From Clostridia bacterium (GTDB taxonomy: Bacteria > Bacillota > Clostridia > Christensenellales > Aristaeellaceae): 32,000 bases of DNA. The notes under the pieces were generated by a model. The model saw only the letters and a list, made by a program, of their open reading frames with translations. It did no database searches and was not told where the DNA came from. The stretch spans positions 1-32,000 of the forward strand of contig JAUNDF010000012.1 of assembly GCA_030526225.1 (NCBI GenBank), in the 5' to 3' direction. Shown piece by piece: positions 26,358 through 32,000 of this stretch; the first letter of the stretch is position 1; the number at the start of each line of letters is the position of its first letter. Position numbers and translations under genes: made by a program.

Positions 26358-27476
26358 ATGAAAATTTCCAAGCGCGACGCGCTGATGTGGTTTGAATTCT
26401 TTTCCCAGCTGGAGGATGACCTTCTCCCCCGCCAGCAGGAGATTGCCTACGCCGTGCTCAATCAGATTGAAACAGCGGTGGAGCATCGCCGGGCCGAGGC
26501 CATGAAAGACATCCCCGGTCTGAAGTCCCTGTGCGGCCGCAGCCTGTACGTGGGCAGCGATGACAAGTTTTCCCGGGGCTGCCGTTCCTGCCTGACAGGC
26601 ACAGGGCTGAGCGCCATCCGCAAGACAAACAAGTGCAATGTGCAGTGCAAATTCTGCTACAACTACGGCGAGCTGGAATGCCAGGAGCCCATCGGCGAAG
26701 GCATGTGGGAAATCGGCGGCTGCAAGTACCGGGAAGAGGACATCGACCTGCTGCTGTCCATTCAGGAAAATCCCACCGGCATTTCCTATGTGTATCTGGA
26801 GCCGTTTATGGAAATTGAAAAGTACTACGGCATCATCCGCAAGTTCCATGAGCACGGCATCCATCAGCATATGTACACCAACGGCATTCTCGCCACCGAA
26901 GAAAACCTGAAGGCACTGGGCGAAGCGGGACTGGACGAGCTGCGCTTTAATCTGGGCGCCAGCGACTGCGCCGACAGCGTTATCCGCCACATCGCCATTG
27001 CAAAAAAGTACATCCCCTGGGTGGGCATCGAGACGCCCATGACCCCCGAGCTGTTTGAGCAGTTCATGGCCAAGAAGGATGCCATTCTGGCCGCCGGTGC
27101 CGATTTCATCAACTGCGCCGAGCTGCACCTGAATGCCAACAACCTGCCCAACTACATGGGCGAAAACATGTACATGAGCCGCCACGGCTACCTGTCCCCC
27201 ATCTGGAGCAGGGACATCACCCTCAAAATCATGAAGATGGCCGACGAGGAAAAGTGGCCCATGCTGGTGCACGATTGCTCCAACCGCACCAAGTTCGCCC
27301 GCGGCCTGAACCTGAAGGCCAAGGAAGGCGGCTGGTTCGGCGCCAACAGCTACGCCTGCGAGTTTGACCGCATCCCCTACGAGGCTTTCCTGCCTGTGCT
27401 GCAGGACGAAAGCTTCACCTTTATTGAAGAGGAGCCGCTGCCCGAAGGCTACCGCCCCGGCGACATCGTGCTGTAA
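26358..27476 (+). CDS. radical SAM protein (PflA-related, uncharacterised subfamily)
   Basis: The canonical CX3CX2C motif (CNVQCKFC) is preceded by CRSC. The body is TIM-barrel-like (..YVYLEPFME.., ..MYTNGILATEENLKALGEAGLDELRFNLG..). The RBS is AAGGAG. A possible promoter is TTGACA(26269)-N17-GATACT. The stop is TAA. Confidence 0.8.
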   Translation: MKISKRDALMWFEFFSQLEDDLLPRQQEIAYAVLNQIETAVEHRRAEAMKDIPGLKSLCGRSLYVGSDDKFSRGCRSCLTGTGLSAIRKTNKCNVQCKFCYNYGELECQEPIGEGMWEIGGCKYREEDIDLLLSIQENPTGISYVYLEPFMEIEKYYGIIRKFHEHGIHQHMYTNGILATEENLKALGEAGLDELRFNLGASDCADSVIRHIAIAKKYIPWVGIETPMTPELFEQFMAKKDAILAAGADFINCAELHLNANNLPNYMGENMYMSRHGYLSPIWSRDITLKIMKMADEEKWPMLVHDCSNRTKFARGLNLKAKEGGWFGANSYACEFDRIPYEAFLPVLQDESFTFIEEEPLPEGYRPGDIVL

Positions 27477-27506
27477 GCGGCAAAACGAATATTTCCCCGG
27501 CAATGC

Positions 27507-27546
27507 AAAAAGGATGCCTCCACATGGGAGACATCCTTTTTTGTAT
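27507..27546. terminator. bidirectional terminator between the radical SAM and pyrophosphatase genes
   Basis: There is an imperfect stem, AAAAAGGATGCCTCCacatGGGAGACATCCTTTTTT, flanked by A-runs and T-runs. Confidence 0.6.
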
Positions 27547-27553
27547 AGGCGAA

Positions 27554-29173
27554 TCAGCCCCACATCAGGGCCAGAGCGGGTACAATCTGCTTTTTGCGGG
27601 ATACAACGCCAGGGAGGAACACGTGGCTGTCGTGAATATCCCGGGCATCGAAGGCAGAGCGGATGGCTTCCTCATCGCCCTGGAAAATCAGCTCGGTGCC
27701 TTCCTTCAGCACATCGGTGAGCATCAGCAGCACCATGTCGTAGCCGCGTTCCTTCTTCAGACGAGCCATTTCCTCCAACAGGTCGGGGATGCGCTGCAGC
27801 ATGGGCTCGGTTTCCACGCAGGTAATCTGACCGATGCCCAGCTCGTGACCGGCAATGTGGAACTCCTTGAAGTCCGCACCTACCAGATCCTTGGCAGGCT
27901 TGGTGTAGTCGATGCCGGCGGAATACATTTCCTTGCCCAGCGCGGTCAGGTCAATGCCGGCAATGCGGGCCAGCCGCTCGGCAATGCGCTTGTCGCGGGG
28001 GGTGCAGGTGGGAGACTTGAACAGCACCGTGTCGGACAGGATGGCACCGGCCATCAATCCGGCCAGAGGTGCGGGGGGCATCAGGCCCTGCTCCTGGAAC
28101 ATGGTGGCCACGATGGTGGTGGTAGAGCCCACGGGCTCGTTGCGCATGAACACGGGGTTGCCGGTCTGCACATCAGCAAGGCGGTGGTGGTCGATGATGG
28201 CCTCGATATCAGCCTGCTCCAGACCGTTGACGGACTGGGCGCGCTCGTTATGGTCCACCAGCACCACGCGCTTGCGGCGGGGACGAATCAGGTGATAGCG
28301 GCTGAGGGTGCCCACCACATGGTCATCGGCATCCAGCACGGGATAGCTGCGATAGCGGCTCTTCAGCACGGTTTCGCGAACGTCATCCAGGAAGTCATCC
28401 AGATGGAAGGACACAATTTCGTCCTTGCCCACCAGACGGCCCACGGGGATGGACTGGTAAATCATGCGGCTGGCGCGATAGGCATCGCAGGGGGTGGCAA
28501 TGATGCAGGTTTCGCAGGAAACGCCGCGGTACTTCTCCACCAGATCGCTCTGGCACAGAATCAGGCAGGCCACCTTCTTTTCCAAGGCCAGCTCCACCAC
28601 CTCGGGCTGATTGCCGCAGATGACAACGCTCTCCCGCTTCAGGTTTTCCAGCGTGGGGGCGGTGGTGGGCAGGGCGATAATCACCTCGCCGGAGACCTTG
28701 TCGAAGATGTCCTCCTCATCATTGATGACCCGGCCCTCCAGCGCAGACAGGAGGTTGAACACGGGCACATCCGTCACCACGGGGTGGTTGATGGAATCCA
28801 TATCCCGGGCAGCAATGACGCCGGCAGTCACCATGCCGAACAGGTCGCCATCGGCGGTGGTCACAGGCAGGGCGCTCAGGTTTTCCTGCTGCTGCAGGAT
28901 TTCCCATGCGGAGGACACGGGCATGGACACATCCAGCAGGGGCGGACGGTCAAAATCAATATCGCGGATCTGGGTGCGGACGGTCACCAGGTGCGTGGGC
29001 TCCTGAAAACCGAACTTGTTCAGCAGAAAGGCCGTCTCCTTGTTCACCCGGCCAAGGCGGGCTGCACGGTGCTCGGTACCGCCTGACATGTTGCGCAGCG
29101 CAGCATAACCCATGGCTGATACCACGGAGTCGGAATCGGGATTGCGGTGACCGAAAACATAAATCGGATCCAT
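27554..29173 (-). CDS. ppaC: family II (DHH) manganese-dependent inorganic pyrophosphatase with inserted CBS/DRTGG regulatory region (CBS-PPase)
   Basis: The sequence is MDPIYVFGHRNPDSDSVVS.. (DHH motif I) and ..VVLVDHNE.., ..IIDHHR.. The C-terminus is DHHA2-like. The 539 aa length and the internal CBS pair match CBS-PPases. The RBS is GAGGAGGAAG. The stop is TGA. Confidence 0.85.
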   Translation of the reverse strand: MDPIYVFGHRNPDSDSVVSAMGYAALRNMSGGTEHRAARLGRVNKETAFLLNKFGFQEPTHLVTVRTQIRDIDFDRPPLLDVSMPVSSAWEILQQQENLSALPVTTADGDLFGMVTAGVIAARDMDSINHPVVTDVPVFNLLSALEGRVINDEEDIFDKVSGEVIIALPTTAPTLENLKRESVVICGNQPEVVELALEKKVACLILCQSDLVEKYRGVSCETCIIATPCDAYRASRMIYQSIPVGRLVGKDEIVSFHLDDFLDDVRETVLKSRYRSYPVLDADDHVVGTLSRYHLIRPRRKRVVLVDHNERAQSVNGLEQADIEAIIDHHRLADVQTGNPVFMRNEPVGSTTTIVATMFQEQGLMPPAPLAGLMAGAILSDTVLFKSPTCTPRDKRIAERLARIAGIDLTALGKEMYSAGIDYTKPAKDLVGADFKEFHIAGHELGIGQITCVETEPMLQRIPDLLEEMARLKKERGYDMVLLMLTDVLKEGTELIFQGDEEAIRSAFDARDIHDSHVFLPGVVSRKKQIVPALALMWG

Positions 29174-29306
29174 TGTTGCTTCCTCCTCTTTCTGACACGA
29201 ATCCCCTCGGGACCTTCCTCCGGGGACTTTTTTCTTCTCTTCGGGGCTTTCCCGCTGTAGGAAGGCCCGCTCAACCTGTGGTACTCCTCCACCGGTTTTC
29301 GTGTCA
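29174..29306 (-). promoter_or_regulatory. structured 5' leader of ppaC closed by a 9-bp long-range helix abutting the RBS (unclassified)
   Basis: The reverse strand has UGACACGAA (29306-29298) and UUCGUGUCA (29201-29193), which enclose about 96 nt containing several GC-rich hairpins. The 3' arm ends 3 nt before the GAGGAGG RBS. A candidate promoter, TTGCAA-N18-TATCAT, lies at about 29332-29361. Confidence 0.4.
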
Positions 29307-29555
29307 ATTTCTTCTTTATCTATTTATCCGTCTTGTATGATAGCACATCGCCCCCGCCTGTTGCAATGCATGCTTTGGCCGATGTTTTTCCAGCCCGTCT
29401 GATATGTCCTTGTGGATGGACATATGCGCCATGACGACATTATTCTGTTTTTTGTTTGATAGCATAAGCGATTGCTTATTGAAGCAGATGGTTCCATTTC
29501 TTTTTCTGCGATGACCAAAGTTTCCCGAAATCAGCCGGATTGTGAAAATATTCCC

Positions 29556-29584
29556 TTGCAATTTCCCCCTGCATTGGGTATAAT
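29556..29584 (+). promoter_or_regulatory. promoter for the ileS T-box leader (TTGCAA-N17-TATAAT)
   Basis: The sequence is TTGCAAtttccccctgcattgggTATAAT. Confidence 0.6.
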
Positions 29585-29589
29585 GTCTT

Positions 29590-29850
29590 TTGTTCACCAT
29601 GATGGGGACGGCGGCGAAAACGGAGCCTGAAGCGAGCCGGAGACAGGTGCAAGTCCGGCAGGAAATCCATCGACGCAAATCACCCCGGAGTGAGGAAGCC
29701 TGAATGCAGTAGGGTCTCCCGGGCGCTCCCGATACAGAGCATATGAGCGGGCAGTACATCTGCCAATTTGGGTGGTACCGCGGAGTTTTCTCCGTCCCAG
29801 ACAATTACGTCCGGGGCGGTTTTCTTTTTGCCGTTTTTTCCGGCAGGAAA
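29590..29850 (+). promoter_or_regulatory. T-box riboswitch leader, Ile specifier
   Basis: The conserved T-box sequence AATTTGGGTGGTACCGCG lies at 29765-29782. Stem I has base GATGG(29601)/CCATC(29667) and distal AGCGAG...GGTGCAAGTCCGG elements. GAA-AUC (AUC at 29665-29667) occupies the specifier-loop position. A U-rich tract follows the downstream hairpin (about 29810-29840). The leader sits directly upstream of ileS. Confidence 0.8.
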
Positions 29851-29882
29851 CCGTCCGACTGAAATACAGGAGGTACAAAGCC

Positions 29883-32000
29883 ATGTACGACAAGGTCGCC
29901 AGTGATATCTCCTTCCCCGAGCGGGAGAAACAAATCTCCCAGCGCTGGAAGGAAAAGGATATCATCCACAAGTACTACAATTTCCGCGAGGGCCGCGAGC
30001 ACTTCACCTTCTTTGACGGCCCGCCCACGGCCAACGGCAAGCCGCACATCGGCCACATCGAGACCCGCGCCATCAAGGATCTGATTCCGCGCTACTGGTC
30101 CATGAAGGGCTACAACGTGCTGCGCAAGGCCGGCTGGGATACCCACGGTCTGCCCGTTGAGCTGGAGGTCGAAAAGCTGCTGGGTCTTGACGGCAAGCCC
30201 CAGATTGAAAAGTACGGCATCGAGCCCTTCATCGGCAAGTGCAAGGAAAGCGTATGGAAGTACGTTTCCGAATGGGAAAAGATGTCCGAGCAGGTGGGCT
30301 TCTGGGTAGACATGGAGCACCCCTACATCACCTATGACAACAACTACATCGAATCCGAGTGGTGGAGCCTGAAGCAGATTCACGAAAAGGGTCTGCTGTA
30401 CAAGGGCCACAAGATTGTGCCCTACTGCCCCCGCTGCGGTACCGCTCTGTCCAGCCACGAGGTGGCACAGGGCTACAAGAACGTGAAGGAAACCTCCGCC
30501 ATCGCCCGCTTCAAGTTAAAGGGCATGGAAGGCACCTCCTTCCTCGCATGGACCACCACCCCCTGGACGCTGCCCAGCAACCTGGCTCTGTGCGTTAACC
30601 CCTACGAGACCTACGCCCGCTTCACCGTGGACGGCGAAACCTACATCATGGGCAAGGCCCTGATTGAGTCCGTCTTCGGCGGCGACAAGGAAGTCACCAT
30701 TCTGGAAGAGTATGTCGGCTCTGATCTGGCCGGCATGGAATACGAGCCCCTGTACTCCTTCAAGGAGCCCGAAGGCGGCAAGAGCTGGGTGGTTGTGGCT
30801 GATAACTATGTCACCATGTCCGACGGTACCGGCATCGTACACATCGCCCCCGCCTATGGTGAAGACGACAACCGCGTCTGCAAGGAAAACGGCATTGCCT
30901 TCATCAATCTGGTGGATGCACAGGGCTGCATGGTAGAAGAAACCAAGTGGCCGGGCGTGTTCGTCAAGGATGCCGACAAGCTGGTGCTGGAGGACCTGAA
31001 GGAGCGCGGACTGCTGTTCGCCGCCCTGCCCTTCGCCCATGATTATCCCTTCTGCTGGCGCTGCGATACGCCCCTGCTGTACTACGCACGCCCCACCTGG
31101 TTCATTCAGATGACCAAGCTGCGGGACAATCTGGTGCGCAACAACCGCACCATCAACTGGCTGCCTGACAACATCAAGGAAGGCCGTATGGGCAACTTCC
31201 TGGAAAATGTCATTGACTGGGGTCTGAGCCGCGAGCGCTACTGGGGTACTCCCCTGCCCGTGTGGTTCTGCGAAGACAAGCACATGCACGTGATTGGCTC
31301 CATCGCCGAGCTGCGCGAGATGGCCATTGAAGATCCCGGCCCCGACATCGAGCTGCATCGTCCCTTTATCGACCGCGTGGAGCTGAAGTGCCCCTGCTGC
31401 GGCAAGCCCATGCACCGCGTGCCCGAGGTAATCGACTGCTGGTACGATTCCGGCTCCATGCCCTTCGCCCAGTGGCACTATCCCTTTGAAAACAAGGAGA
31501 AGTTTGAGCAGAACTTCCCCGCCAATTTCATCTCCGAGGCCATTGACCAGACCCGCGGCTGGTTCTACACCCTGGAGGCCATTTCCACCCTGCTGTTCGA
31601 CCGCGCACCCTTCCAGAACTGCATCGTGCTGGGTCACGTGCAGGATGCCGACGGCCGCAAGATGTCCAAGCACCTGGGCAACGTGGTGGACCCCTTCCAG
31701 ATGCTGGATAAGTTCGGCGCCGATGCCATCCGCTGGTATTTCTACACCACCTCCGCACCCTGGCTGCCCAGCCGCTTCTCCGAAAAGGCTGTGATTGAGG
31801 GTCAGCGCAAGTTCCTCGGCACCCTGCGCAACACCTACGCCTTCTTCGTGATGTATGCCCAGATTGACGGCTTCGATCCCAAGGCCCATCCCATCGACAA
31901 GGTGGAGCTGAGCCTGATGGACAAGTGGATTCTCTCCAAGCTGAACAGTCTGGTCAAGCGCGTGGATGAGGACCTGAGCAATTACCGCATCACCGAGCCC
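29883..32000 (+). CDS. ileS: isoleucine--tRNA ligase, type 2 (N-terminal 706 aa; continues beyond the window)
   Basis: My own translation from ATG 29883 (RBS AGGAGG) is [28 protein letters not shown]...[16 protein letters not shown]...WDTHGLPVE...KMSKH.. No stop occurs before position 32000. The 'GPPTANGxPHxGH' context is characteristic of type-2 IleRS. The ORF is open-ended, so it is absent from the track. Confidence 0.9.
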   Translation, partial: MYDKVASDISFPEREKQISQRWKEKDIIHKYYNFREGREHFTFFDGPPTANGKPHIGHIETRAIKDLIPRYWSMKGYNVLRKAGWDTHGLPVELEVEKLLGLDGKPQIEKYGIEPFIGKCKESVWKYVSEWEKMSEQVGFWVDMEHPYITYDNNYIESEWWSLKQIHEKGLLYKGHKIVPYCPRCGTALSSHEVAQGYKNVKETSAIARFKLKGMEGTSFLAWTTTPWTLPSNLALCVNPYETYARFTVDGETYIMGKALIESVFGGDKEVTILEEYVGSDLAGMEYEPLYSFKEPEGGKSWVVVADNYVTMSDGTGIVHIAPAYGEDDNRVCKENGIAFINLVDAQGCMVEETKWPGVFVKDADKLVLEDLKERGLLFAALPFAHDYPFCWRCDTPLLYYARPTWFIQMTKLRDNLVRNNRTINWLPDNIKEGRMGNFLENVIDWGLSRERYWGTPLPVWFCEDKHMHVIGSIAELREMAIEDPGPDIELHRPFIDRVELKCPCCGKPMHRVPEVIDCWYDSGSMPFAQWHYPFENKEKFEQNFPANFISEAIDQTRGWFYTLEAISTLLFDRAPFQNCIVLGHVQDADGRKMSKHLGNVVDPFQMLDKFGADAIRWYFYTTSAPWLPSRFSEKAVIEGQRKFLGTLRNTYAFFVMYAQIDGFDPKAHPIDKVELSLMDKWILSKLNSLVKRVDEDLSNYRITEP

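Noticed and set aside
26358-27476. The idea that the radical SAM gene is PylB (pyrrolysine biosynthesis), which would tie in with the TAG codons
   Set aside because: The sequence looks PflA/COG2108-like rather than BioB/PylB-like. The CX3CX2C motif sits about 100 aa in and is preceded by CxxC. No pylC, pylD, pylS or pylT is adjacent. There is no support for this from the window.
29174-29306. Assigning the ppaC leader to the ykkC/guanidine or ydaO (c-di-AMP) riboswitch classes
   Set aside because: Only short fragments resemble those consensus sequences (GCGGGAAAGCCCCGAAGAG and GGUCCCGAGGGGA), and they occur in the wrong order. The leader is left unclassified.
1-32000. Search for tRNA (especially a CUA-anticodon suppressor), rRNA, CRISPR repeats, transposase/integrase genes or long terminal repeats
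   Set aside because: None was recognised by eye in any intergenic region. The larger gaps are accounted for by riboswitch leaders, promoters or the DnaA-box region. A proper tRNAscan-SE or Infernal run is still needed.

Overview
Moderately GC-rich chromosomal segment that looks like Clostridia (Firmicutes). The evidence is strong AGGAGG-type ribosome-binding sites, L-box and T-box leaders, and greA-lysS linkage. No rRNA, tRNA, CRISPR array, transposase or integrase was recognised. Most of the content is housekeeping: a lipid kinase (partial), galT, an L-box-controlled asd-dapA-dapB operon, two tandem mgtE genes, an ADP-ribosylglycohydrolase, a PspC-domain protein, a TrmH-family methyltransferase, lysS, greA, a CBS-type family II pyrophosphatase, and a T-box-controlled type-2 ileS (partial). 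Accessory content includes a small-peptide / ECF sigma / C39-peptidase double ABC exporter locus (11.0-17.1 kb), a membrane-sensor PP2C-phosphatase/kinase fusion with its STAS partner, a TSUP permease and an orphan radical SAM gene. The most striking observation is that three unrelated genes (the second mgtE, the sensor phosphatase and the TSUP permease) are each interrupted by one in-frame TAG, with intact homology on both sides. None of the 26 genes whose ends lie in the window terminates with TAG (19 TAA, 7 TGA). This pattern fits amber suppression or reassignment better than random decay. Other items worth a second look are a same-orientation cluster of about 10 DnaA boxes with an AT-rich tract between greA and the radical SAM gene, a structured leader upstream of the pyrophosphatase gene, and an M-box-like leader upstream of the mgtE pair. 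The many long ORFs antisense to real genes are treated as GC-driven shadow ORFs.
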